In this document: positions 1 to 8,203 of the stretch, piece after piece
Layout: each line of letters starts with the position of its first letter
How positions within the stretch are numbered: position 1 is the first letter of the stretch
Source: an uncultured Alphaproteobacteria bacterium
Lineage (GTDB): Bacteria; Pseudomonadota; Alphaproteobacteria; Caulobacterales; Parvularculaceae
Direction of reading: 5' to 3'
Length of the DNA: 64,000 nucleotides
Assembly: GCA_937895955.1 (NCBI GenBank)
Contig: CALAZI010000029.1
Coordinates: 4,099-68,098 of the forward strand
Position numbers and translations under genes: made by a program
The notes under the pieces: model-generated
Told to the model about the DNA's origin: nothing
What the model saw: the letters and a program-made list of their open reading frames with translations, nothing else
Databases searched by the model: none

Positions 1-2
1 GG

Positions 3-542
3 GAGGATCTGACGGCCTCGCTCGCCGAACGCCTCGCTGACGGATCGCTTGACGCCGCCTTGCTCGCTTTCCCTTATGATCTTCCAGGCCTTGAGTGGAT
101 CAGCATCGGCGATGATCCCTTTTTTTACGCCGCGCCGTCAGGCGATCCGGTGGCGGCGCGCAAACCGATCCGATCGGCGGATCTGAAAGAGGCGCGCCTT
201 CTTTTGCTCGAAGACGGTCATTGCATGCGCGAGCATGCGCTCGACGCATGCAAACTGCGGCAGGATGATGTTTCCGGCGCCTTCGGCGCGACGAGCCTTT
301 TCACCCTGACGCAGATGGTGCGCGCCGGTCTCGGCGCGACCCTGCTGCCGAAAATGGCGGTTGACGCCGGCCTTGCCGCGAATAACGGCCTCGCCGTCGC
401 GCCGCTCGCGGAACCCGCGCCCGCGCGAACGATCGGGCTCGCCTGGCGGAAGGGATCGGGACGGCGTGAGGATTGCGAATTGCTCGCCGCGCATTTTAAG
501 GAAGCGATGGCGAACGCCGCCGGCCGGACGGCCGCGCGCTAG
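3..542 (+). CDS. oxyR: LysR-family regulator OxyR, C-terminal part (5' end outside window)
   Basis: Frame open from window start: EDLTASLAERLADGSLDAALLAFP...LLLLEDGHCMREHALDAC, the OxyR redox-cysteine region; ends RTIGLAWR. Confidence 0.85.
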   Translation, partial: EDLTASLAERLADGSLDAALLAFPYDLPGLEWISIGDDPFFYAAPSGDPVAARKPIRSADLKEARLLLLEDGHCMREHALDACKLRQDDVSGAFGATSLFTLTQMVRAGLGATLLPKMAVDAGLAANNGLAVAPLAEPAPARTIGLAWRKGSGRREDCELLAAHFKEAMANAAGRTAAR

Positions 543-1708
543 GCTTGCCGCCCTGACTGCGAGCCGAGCGGGGCATGGCGAAGCGGCGCGATTTCGCCGC
601 TGTCGGACAACATAATTGCGATCGGCCGCGTCGAATGGAACTGCGTCAGGATGATCATGATCGTGACGCTGATCGGCACGGCGAGCAACATGCCGGCGAA
701 CCCCCACAAGGTTCCCCAGACCGCCAGCGATAAAAGAATGACAAGCGGGCTGAGATTGAGGCTTTTTCCGATGAGCCGCGGCTCTATGCCGGAACTCATC
801 GTCTGTTCGGCGCCGACCAACAAGACGAGAGCGAGCGCCGCCGTCTGAACGCCGCCGCCTTCGGGCTGCACGAGCGCCAGGATGACGGGCAGCGAAATCG
901 CGCTGATTGCGCCGACAATCGGGATGAAATTCAGGGCGAAGATCAACAGCGCCCAGAAACCGGCGAAGTCAACGCCGACGAAATGCATGATGATGAAGCT
1001 GATCGCGGCGGTGATGAGATTGGTGACGGTCTTGACGGTGATGTATTGTCGGACGAGCGATGCGATGTCGCCGATCGTTTCATTCACTGCGGCGCGGCTT
1101 TCTTCCCTTGCGCTCAACAGATTGATCTTGCGAAAGATGCGGCCGCGTTCAAGCAGCATGAAGACGGTGTAGAGAAAGATCGTCACGGAATTGGCGGTGA
1201 GCGAGCTCACCGCGGAGCCGACCTCGGACAAGACCGGGTTGATCATGGAAATCGCCGTTGATCGAAGCTGGTCGACGCCGCCGATGAAGTCTTCCGGCAA
1301 CACGCCGGCGCTGTCGAGGTAGCGGATGCCGTCCTGCGTGAATTTGCGCAGGCGTTCTTCGTAAAGCGGCGCCGTGTCGATCAGCGCTTCGACATTCTCG
1401 CGGATAATCTCGATAAACAGAACGAAGATCGAGATGATGAGCGCGAAGGCGAACAGATAGCAAAGCCAGTTCGGCAGAAAGCGGCCGACAAGCGGGCCTT
1501 GCCGGATCGTTTCCTTCAAGGTGAACATCAGGAAACTTAAAAAACCGGCGACGACGACGGGAATGAAGATGGCGCGGCCGAAATAGGCGATGGCGGCTAT
1601 TAATGTCGCAAGCGCGAGCGCGAAAAAAACCTGGGCCGAGCCTTTGAGGCGAACTCCGGCGTCAGCCTCAGCCGGGGCGTGCGCTTGCAAGTGATCGGCC
1701 CCGCTCAT
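539..1708 (-). CDS. AI-2E family transporter (PerM/TqsA-like)
   Basis: Multi-TM protein with LNFIPIVG and IEPRLIGKSLNLSPLVILLSLAVWGTLWGFAGMLLAVP family motifs. Confidence 0.85.
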   Translation of the reverse strand: MSGADHLQAHAPAEADAGVRLKGSAQVFFALALATLIAAIAYFGRAIFIPVVVAGFLSFLMFTLKETIRQGPLVGRFLPNWLCYLFAFALIISIFVLFIEIIRENVEALIDTAPLYEERLRKFTQDGIRYLDSAGVLPEDFIGGVDQLRSTAISMINPVLSEVGSAVSSLTANSVTIFLYTVFMLLERGRIFRKINLLSAREESRAAVNETIGDIASLVRQYITVKTVTNLITAAISFIIMHFVGVDFAGFWALLIFALNFIPIVGAISAISLPVILALVQPEGGGVQTAALALVLLVGAEQTMSSGIEPRLIGKSLNLSPLVILLSLAVWGTLWGFAGMLLAVPISVTIMIILTQFHSTRPIAIMLSDSGEIAPLRHAPLGSQSGRQA

Positions 1709-1788
1709 ATCTCACTTTTCCAATTGCGACAGACGGTCTTGCTAGGCTGATTTGTTCGCAGAGGCCAAGATTGCGGCGGGCGAGGAAA

Positions 1789-3162
1789 ATGGACGGGATG
1801 CGCGAAATCGAATGGCGATCGCCGGTCGACGCCTTCGCGCCGTTGGCGGCGGAGAGAGGCGCCGTCTTTTTTCATCCCGGCGCGCATGCGGCGATGCCCG
1901 GCTGGTCGTTTATCGCCGCTTTCCCGGCGACGCGCGTTGAAAGCCGCAACGGCGCGACGCTGATTGACGGCGGGACGAGCAGCCTTTCGCCTTTCGAGGT
2001 GGTCGATGCGCTGCATCGCGCGCGCCGGTCGGATGCGCTTAGAGAGGCTGCGCCGCCCTTTGCGACCGGCCTTGCCGGCTTTATCGGCTATGAATGCGGC
2101 GCCGCGATCGAACCGAGCGTGCGCCTGCCCGCCTCGCCCTATGATCTTCCCGATTTCTCGATCGGCGCATACGACGCCTGCGCCGCGTTCGACAACGCGC
2201 GGGGCAGGGCGTTCATTTGCTTCCAGTCCCGATCGGCGGCCGATCGTCTGGAAGCTGCGCTCGGAGCCGGCGGCGCCGCCCTCAACGCCGCGCAAGATGC
2301 GTTCGAGCCGCCGCTCGCGCTGACGCCGGCGGATCAATACCGACATTCTGTCGCCGAGGCGATGGAGCGTATTCGCGCCGGCGAATTTTTCCAGGCGAAC
2401 CTGTCCCAGCGGTTCATCATTCGCGCCCGCGCGCCGTTCGATGCTTTCAGCCTTTTCGCCGCCGCGTCGGCTTCGAGCAGCGCGCCTTTCGGAGCGTTTC
2501 TGCCGCAAGAAGGCGCTCAGATTTTGTCGCTGTCGCCGGAGCGCTTCTTCGCCGTCAAGAAACAGGCGGATGAAAGCCTGTCGATCGTCGCCGAACCGAT
2601 CAAGGGCACGCGCCCGCGGGGCCGGACGCCTGACGCCGACCGCCGGCTGCTGCAGGAGCTAATGAACGATCCGAAAGATCGCGCCGAGAACGTCATGATC
2701 GCCGATCTGACGCGCAATGATCTGTCCCGCATCTGCCTCAATCACAGCATTGCCGAAGAGGCTGTCTGCGAGCCGGTCAGTCATGAAAACGTGCATCATT
2801 TGGTTTCGCGGATCAGCGGCGTTTTGCGCCCGGAGCTGACCGCCGCCGATGCGCTAATGACGCTGTTCCCTTGCGGTTCGATAACCGGCGCGCCGAAAGT
2901 CCAGGCGATGAAGGCGATCGCCGAGATCGAAGGCGCCGGCCGCGGGCCCTATTGCGGCGCGATCGGTTATATTGACGATCGCGGCGGCGCGGATTTCTCC
3001 GTCGCAATCCGCATTGCGATAGCCGAGCGGGAAAAGCTGACGGTCCCGGCGGGCGGCGGCGTCACGCTCAGGAGCGATCCGGATACGGAATATCGTGAGA
3101 CGCTGGCGAAGGCGCATGCATGGACGCGCATCGTCAATGATAGGGATTTGGCGGTCGCATGA
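1789..3162 (+). CDS. pabB: Aminodeoxychorismate synthase component I (chorismate-binding)
   Basis: SPERFF, PIKGTRPRG, KDRAENVMIADLTRNDL, FPCGSITGAPK, YCGAIG motifs. Start 1789 or 1798. Confidence 0.85.
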   Translation: MDGMREIEWRSPVDAFAPLAAERGAVFFHPGAHAAMPGWSFIAAFPATRVESRNGATLIDGGTSSLSPFEVVDALHRARRSDALREAAPPFATGLAGFIGYECGAAIEPSVRLPASPYDLPDFSIGAYDACAAFDNARGRAFICFQSRSAADRLEAALGAGGAALNAAQDAFEPPLALTPADQYRHSVAEAMERIRAGEFFQANLSQRFIIRARAPFDAFSLFAAASASSSAPFGAFLPQEGAQILSLSPERFFAVKKQADESLSIVAEPIKGTRPRGRTPDADRRLLQELMNDPKDRAENVMIADLTRNDLSRICLNHSIAEEAVCEPVSHENVHHLVSRISGVLRPELTAADALMTLFPCGSITGAPKVQAMKAIAEIEGAGRGPYCGAIGYIDDRGGADFSVAIRIAIAEREKLTVPAGGGVTLRSDPDTEYRETLAKAHAWTRIVNDRDLAVA

Positions 3163-3740
3163 TCCTCATCATCGATAATTACGATTCGTTCGTGCACAAC
3201 CTCGCGCGCTATGTGCGCGAGGCGGGCTGCGAGGCGACGGTCGTCCGCAATGACGCCGCCGCCGCCGAGGCGCTTTTGAGGGCGGCGCCCGACGCCGTCG
3301 TCATTTCGCCGGGCCCCAAAACGCCTGCTGAAGCCGGCCTGTCGCTCGATCTCATCCGAAAACTGCCGATCGAAATCCCGCTTCTCGGCGTCTGTCTCGG
3401 TCATCAATGTCTTGTAGAAGCGTTCGGCGGACGCACCGTCCGCTCCAGGGAGCCGCTTCATGGCGAAGCGAGCGCAATCGATCATGACGGACGGGGTCTC
3501 TTCGCCGGCCTCGCCTCGCCGATGCTCGCCGGACGCTATCACTCGCTTGTCTCGGAGCTCGCGCCCGACGGACCGTTGTCCGCCTGCGCGTTCAGCGAAG
3601 CGGGCGAGGTGATGGGCGTGCGACATCAAACGGCGCCCTGGCATGGCGTGCAGTTTCATCCCGAATCGCTTCTGACGCCTGACGGCCGGCGTCTGATCGG
3701 CAATTTTCTGGGCGAGATCAAAGCGAGAGCGGCCGCGTGA
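3159..3740 (+). CDS. pabA: Glutamine amidotransferase, ADC/anthranilate synthase component II
   Basis: IDNYDSFVHNL, SPGPKTP, GVCLGHQ, GVQFHPES; 4-nt overlap with pabB. Confidence 0.88.
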   Translation: MILIIDNYDSFVHNLARYVREAGCEATVVRNDAAAAEALLRAAPDAVVISPGPKTPAEAGLSLDLIRKLPIEIPLLGVCLGHQCLVEAFGGRTVRSREPLHGEASAIDHDGRGLFAGLASPMLAGRYHSLVSELAPDGPLSACAFSEAGEVMGVRHQTAPWHGVQFHPESLLTPDGRRLIGNFLGEIKARAAA

Positions 3741-4594
3741 TTGTCTGGCGTGACGGCGAGCATGTCGACGGCGGCTCCGCGATTGGGGTTGAGGATCGCG
3801 GCTGGCTGATCGGCGATGCGGCGTTCGAGACGGTCCTCGTTGACAACGCGCGCGCGGCGTTCCTCGATCGTCATCTCGCGCGGCTCGATCGCGGCGCGCG
3901 CACGCTTGGCATGAACGCCTGCATCGATACGGGTAAAATCGCCGCCGCGATCGCCGAAACGGCAAGACGCAGCGGCGTTGACGGGCGCGGCGCCTGCCGA
4001 CTGACGCTGAGCCGGGTCGGCGGGCCGCGCGGCCTTGCGCCGTCGGCTGCGGCGCGCGCCCGGCTTGTGATATCGATCGCCCCCGCTGCGCCGCCGCGCG
4101 AACCGATGCGGTTGATCATCTCCGGCCGCCGGCGCTGGACCGGCGCGTCGACGAATGCGTTCAAATGCGCGGGCGCTTATGCTGAAAATTTTCTGGCGCG
4201 CGCCGAAGCCGCCGCCGCAGGCGCGAATGAGGCGGTGATGCTGAACGAAAAAGGGCGCGTCGCCTGTCTCAGCGCCGCCAACATTTTCATCGTCCGCGAA
4301 GGCGAGATTGTCACCCCGTCCGAAGAAGAAGGCGCGCTCGCCGGCGTCGTCCGCGGCGTCCTCATCGAGGAGGCGGGGCGAATGGGAATCAGGGTGAAAG
4401 AAGCGCTGATCGCGCCCGAAAAGCTTTCCGGCGCCGCCATGATCGCGACAAACTCCATTGCCGGCGCCGTGCGAAGCGTTCTTGATGGCGAGGCGACGAT
4501 CGAGGATGCGGAAACGGCAGATCGGCTGATCGCCGCTTATGACCGGCGTCTCGCCGAAGAATTCGCTGCGCCTGCGCCCGAGGAGAAAGCGTGA
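3737..4594 (+). CDS. pabC: Class IV PLP enzyme, probable 4-amino-4-deoxychorismate lyase
   Basis: DRGWLIGDAAFETV, HLARL, FK (PLP lysine), ANIF, ALAGVVR; GTG start overlapping pabA stop; pab context. Confidence 0.7.
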   Translation: MIVWRDGEHVDGGSAIGVEDRGWLIGDAAFETVLVDNARAAFLDRHLARLDRGARTLGMNACIDTGKIAAAIAETARRSGVDGRGACRLTLSRVGGPRGLAPSAAARARLVISIAPAAPPREPMRLIISGRRRWTGASTNAFKCAGAYAENFLARAEAAAAGANEAVMLNEKGRVACLSAANIFIVREGEIVTPSEEEGALAGVVRGVLIEEAGRMGIRVKEALIAPEKLSGAAMIATNSIAGAVRSVLDGEATIEDAETADRLIAAYDRRLAEEFAAPAPEEKA

Positions 4595-5748
4595 AAGCCT
4601 TCACTTTTTCGGAAGACCAGCTTTCCTCCGTCGCCGCCGCCCTCGTCGTCGACGAACTCGGCGCGCGCTTTTCGCGGCATGTCGACACGCTGACCGCTTC
4701 CGGCTGGTCCGCCGCGACGAAACTCGGCGATGAGGGGGCGGAATTGTCCGCGGCGGAGGCGGCCGCCTGTCTGCGCCGTCTGTTCGCTTTTTTCGGCCGC
4801 CTTGACCGGGCGCCGAAAACGCTTGCGGCCGACAGCATCGGCGATTGGGTCAAGGCGATCGCCGCGGCGATCGATGAGCGCCTGACCGAGTTCTCGTTTG
4901 CCGCCGCGGCGGATGAGCGTCGCCCTTTCACGCATGCGGCGGACGCGATCTTCGCCGATGCGGCGTCAGCGGCCAATCTTCTTTACGGCCGCCGCCGCGT
5001 TCTTTCCCTCGTCGCGCCGCACGGCCTTATCGGCTTCGTTCTCGGCGTGCTGGCGCCCAATCTCCTGCAGGCCCCGACGGTTGATGCGCGCAAGATGACG
5101 CCGGATGAGTTGAACGCCGCGCTTTCCTTCGGCGATGCGCTGATCGCGACCCCAAGCCTTTGGCGCTACATTCTGGCGCAGGACATTCTCGCCCCCGACA
5201 ATGCGATGGCGGTCTCTTTCGGCGAGCCGATGACGGTTGAGCTGTCGGCGAAGATCCGAAGGGCCGGCTTCGGCGCCCAGCGTGAAATTTACGGATCGAC
5301 AGAGCACGGCCTTATCGGCTGGCGCGATTCCCCGAGCGAGCCGTTTGCGCTCTTTGATCAGTGGGCGCGGCGCGGCGAGGATTTGCGCCGCGCGACGCCG
5401 TCGGGCGAAGCCGTGGACGTCATTCCGGTGGACGTTATCGCCTGGGAGGGCGATCGGCGGTTTCGACTTGGCGGCCGGCGCGACGGGGCGGTCCAGATCG
5501 GGGCCGTCAACGTCTTTCCCGATCGCATCGCGCAACGAATCGCCGAGCATCCCGATGTCGCCGCATGCGTCATCTCCGTTTCGCAGGATTCCGCCGGCGG
5601 CGAACGGCTCGTCGCCCTCATTACGCTCAACACCAAGCTTGCGCCGTCGGAATCGGTTGCGCGGTCGATCGACATGTGGTGCCGGTCGCATCTTCGCCCG
5701 CACGAACGCCCGCGCATTTACAATTACGCGGCGCCGCGCCAGCGATAA
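4591..5748 (+). CDS. p-coumarate-CoA ligase (PYP-activation family)-like protein, apparently lacking ATP-binding motifs
   Basis: 385 aa; RRVLSLVAPHGLIGF, ATPSLWRY, EIYGSTE, GRRDGAVQIGAVNVFP, ERP match the short ANL-family pCL layout; GTG overlaps pabC stop. Confidence 0.7.
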   Translation: MKAFTFSEDQLSSVAAALVVDELGARFSRHVDTLTASGWSAATKLGDEGAELSAAEAAACLRRLFAFFGRLDRAPKTLAADSIGDWVKAIAAAIDERLTEFSFAAAADERRPFTHAADAIFADAASAANLLYGRRRVLSLVAPHGLIGFVLGVLAPNLLQAPTVDARKMTPDELNAALSFGDALIATPSLWRYILAQDILAPDNAMAVSFGEPMTVELSAKIRRAGFGAQREIYGSTEHGLIGWRDSPSEPFALFDQWARRGEDLRRATPSGEAVDVIPVDVIAWEGDRRFRLGGRRDGAVQIGAVNVFPDRIAQRIAEHPDVAACVISVSQDSAGGERLVALITLNTKLAPSESVARSIDMWCRSHLRPHERPRIYNYAAPRQR

Positions 5749-5775
5749 AAAAGGCCCTCCGGGGAGGGCCTTTTC
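5747..5775. terminator. Bidirectional intrinsic terminator between pCL-like gene and cpaI-like gene
   Basis: AAAAGGCCCTC-CGGG-GAGGGCCTTTT hairpin with A and T tracts between convergent genes. Confidence 0.85.
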
Positions 5776-5795
5776 CATTTCGCTTTGTTGAATTT

Positions 5796-6245
5796 CTATT
5801 CGGAAGGCGCCGCCGAGCTCGCCGCCTGCTGGAATTTTTGCTGCGTTTGGGAAGAGACGGCCCCGAACGCTTCCGGCGCGTCGCCGATCGTCAAGGTCTG
5901 CTCGCACACGCTTGTGCAGTTATAGGTGAAGCGTTGTCCGCCGCGCTGAAGCGTCAAAAGATCGGAATTCGAGGCGCGGACGCGGACGATGAGATTTTCA
6001 ATCTCGTTGCCTTCAGCGTCGAAAAGAAACATGTTCGTCAAGCCGGGCGCCTTGCCGAACAGAAGAACGCGCGACTTGTCCCGAACGGTGATGTCGGCGA
6101 TCCCGGGATTGCCGATGACGATCTGATCGACTTCCTGCTTGAACTCGTAGGGCTTGACCTGATCCATCGTCACCCAGACCTGCTCCGCCGTCGCGGCTGT
6201 TGCGAACAGGCAGGCGGCTGAGAGCGAAAGTGAGAATAAACGCAT
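5796..6245 (-). CDS. Pilus formation N-terminal domain protein (T2SS-T3SS_pil_N; CpaI/PilQ-like)
   Basis: Signal peptide then IVIGNPGIADITV...LLFGKAPGLTNMFLFD...FTYNCTSVC; divergent from flp. Confidence 0.8.
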   Translation of the reverse strand: MRLFSLSLSAACLFATAATAEQVWVTMDQVKPYEFKQEVDQIVIGNPGIADITVRDKSRVLLFGKAPGLTNMFLFDAEGNEIENLIVRVRASNSDLLTLQRGGQRFTYNCTSVCEQTLTIGDAPEAFGAVSSQTQQKFQQAASSAAPSE

Positions 6246-6302
6246 CGCGACGTTTTCCTTGAATGCTTGCTTTCGAGGTAGCGCGGATGAGTCAAAAAAG
6301 GC

Positions 6303-6318
6303 TTAAACGGACTTTAAC
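6303..6318. promoter_or_regulatory. CtrA box
   Basis: TTAA-ACGGACT-TTAAC, a perfect TTAA-N7-TTAAC between divergent cpaI-like and crp-like genes. Confidence 0.75.
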
Positions 6319-6408
6319 GCAACCACGCCGGCGTCCTATGAATTTCCCGAAAATTTTATGTTTTACCGCGCCTTAAAGAGTTGAAGATGTAGATAGGCGA
6401 GGGAGATT

Positions 6409-7131
6409 TTGATGCTTGCCAATCCTTCTCTAAAGGAAACGGACAGCGAAGCGCCGATCGTCGACGCGATCGCCGCCACAGCGCCGTTTTCCGACCTTCA
6501 GCGCCAGACGCTCGATGCGCTCGCCGACGCCGCCAGCCGGCGCCGTTACGCCGAAGGCGAAACGATTTTCGCGATGGGCCAATATGACGGCTCTGAATTC
6601 CTGATCGTGCGCGCGGGAAAGCTCAAGGCGTCGCATGTCGATCCGGCCTCAGGCTCGATGATCTTCGAAGAAGTTCGAGAGGGTCAAATTTTCGGTCTCG
6701 CTCAGGCCGCAATCGGTTTGGAAACCGCCGGCGCCGGGTCTGTGACCGTGCTCGCCGAACGGGAAAGCGAAATTATCGCCGTTGATGCGGAAGCCTTGCG
6801 CGAGCTTTCGGCGCAGCGCCCGAAGCTGACGCGCGCATTGATGGTGCATTTCGCCGAACGCCTTATCGGCGGCGGACGCGGCGAAGAGGAAAGCTCTCCA
6901 GAGCGCCGCGTTTACGCGGCGCTTTGCGGTTACGTCGAGCGCGACGCCGTCGCCGGATGCTGGCGCATCGCCAAAATGCCCAAACACCGGGAGCTCGCCG
7001 ACAGGGCCGATGCGGACGAGGCGGTCGCCGCAAGCGCGGTCGCCAAGCTTATCCAGAGCGGCGTCGCGCGGCGCGACTATCCGGGACTGATCATCGACGA
7101 CATGGCGCAGCTCAACAGGCTCGCGCGCTGA
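6409..7131 (+). CDS. Crp/Fnr-family protein (cNMP-binding fold plus HTH), degenerate motifs
   Basis: FSDLQRQTLDALA...GETIFAMG...GQIFG cNMP fold; C-terminal MPKHRELAD..LIQSG wHTH. Confidence 0.75.
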   Translation: MMLANPSLKETDSEAPIVDAIAATAPFSDLQRQTLDALADAASRRRYAEGETIFAMGQYDGSEFLIVRAGKLKASHVDPASGSMIFEEVREGQIFGLAQAAIGLETAGAGSVTVLAERESEIIAVDAEALRELSAQRPKLTRALMVHFAERLIGGGRGEEESSPERRVYAALCGYVERDAVAGCWRIAKMPKHRELADRADADEAVAASAVAKLIQSGVARRDYPGLIIDDMAQLNRLAR

Positions 7132-7142
7132 TTTTGTTTTTG

Positions 7143-7150
7143 TTAACCAT
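7143..7150 (+). promoter_or_regulatory. CtrA half-site upstream of flp
   Basis: TTAACCAT in the AT-rich region 146 nt upstream of the flp ATG. Confidence 0.5.
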
Positions 7151-7295
7151 AATTATCCGTAAACGAACATTTTGTGCAAATAGCGGTTCTTTTTCATCGA
7201 TTATTAATTCCTGGATAGCATCATGATCCCAGTCTGAAGAGGGGTAACGCCCGTTCAGCGGTGCAAGCGTAAGAGTAACAAGCAGGAGTCGACTC

Positions 7296-7466
7296 ATGAA
7301 AGCTCTTATCAACAAGTTCATCAAAGACGAAGACGGCGCGACGGCCATCGAATACGGCCTTATCGCGGCGCTCATCGCGGTCGCCATCATCACCGCGGTT
7401 CGCGCGGTTGGCGGCGAGCTGTCTTCGACCTTCTCGGAAGTCGAAAGCGAATTGGCGAACCGCTAA
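7296..7466 (+). CDS. pilA: Flp/PilA type IVc pilin (56 aa; absent from ORF track)
   Basis: MKALINKFIKDEDG|ATAIEYGLIAALIAVAIITAVRAVGGELSSTFSEVESELANR*; Flp motif with E+5 and Y+6; RBS AGGAG. Confidence 0.95.
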   Translation: MKALINKFIKDEDGATAIEYGLIAALIAVAIITAVRAVGGELSSTFSEVESELANR

Positions 7467-7490
7467 TTCCATCGTCAAACGTTCAAGACG

Positions 7491-7520
7491 GAAAAGGAGG
7501 CTTCGGCCTCCTTTTCTTTT
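7491..7520 (+). terminator. Intrinsic terminator after flp
   Basis: GAAAAGGAGGC-TTCG-GCCTCCTTTTC followed by TTTT. Confidence 0.9.
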
Positions 7521-7542
7521 ATGATTCAAACCGAACTTATGT

Positions 7543-7557
7543 CTAACTGAATGTTAA
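7543..7557. promoter_or_regulatory. CtrA-like box upstream of cpaA
   Basis: CTAA-CTGAATG-TTAA, one mismatch to consensus. Confidence 0.5.
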
Positions 7558-7604
7558 GCGCCCAGGCCTAGTTTCGCCTCAACGGCAATCTGGAGCGGGC
7601 GAGC

Positions 7605-8111
7605 GTGATATCCCTGATTTTTCTTTCGGCGTTTCCTGCGGCTTTGATCATCGCCGCGATGAATGATCTTTACGAATACAAAATCCCGAACTGGGTTTCG
7701 ATCGTCCTGTTTTGCTCTTATTTTGTCGCCGGCGTCGGGCTCGGCGCGCCGCCGGCGCAGCTTATGGAAGGGTTTTTGTTCGCCTGCGCGGCGCTTGTCG
7801 TCGGGTTTGCGCTTTTCGCCGGAAAAGTTCTCGGCGGCGGCGATGCGAAGCTTATCGCGGCGTGCGCCCCATGGATCGGGCCGTCGGCGCTGGTCCCGTT
7901 TCTCATCAACACCGCTTTCGCAGGCGGCGTTTTCGCAATCGTCCTCATCATGTTCCGAAAGACTCCTGCGCTGCCTGTTTACGCGCACGCGCCGTGGCTT
8001 TTGCGTTTGCATCAGCGGCCGAAGGATATTCCGTACGCGGTTGCGATAGCGGCGGGCGGACTTCTTAGCTTTTCGCAAACGCCGTTCTTCCAATTGGCCT
8101 TTGGCGGTTAA
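7605..8111 (+). CDS. cpaA: Prepilin peptidase CpaA/TadV (A24)
   Basis: NDLYEYKIPN and GGGDAKL aspartic motifs, C-terminal IPYAVAI; GTG start. Confidence 0.92.
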   Translation: MISLIFLSAFPAALIIAAMNDLYEYKIPNWVSIVLFCSYFVAGVGLGAPPAQLMEGFLFACAALVVGFALFAGKVLGGGDAKLIAACAPWIGPSALVPFLINTAFAGGVFAIVLIMFRKTPALPVYAHAPWLLRLHQRPKDIPYAVAIAAGGLLSFSQTPFFQLAFGG

Positions 8112-8203
8112 TGAGATCAGTTAACAGAGTTTTGAGGACTTCTTCTTACAAGAATTTACTGAGTTTCCAGGCGTAAAAAGCCTCCAAAAGGGCGAGTGAG
8201 ACC

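Noticed and set aside
4591-7131. Possible photoactive yellow protein light-sensing system
   Set aside because: No PYP (PAS protein with the chromophore Cys motif) or tyrosine ammonia-lyase ORF in the window, and the ligase lacks catalytic motifs.
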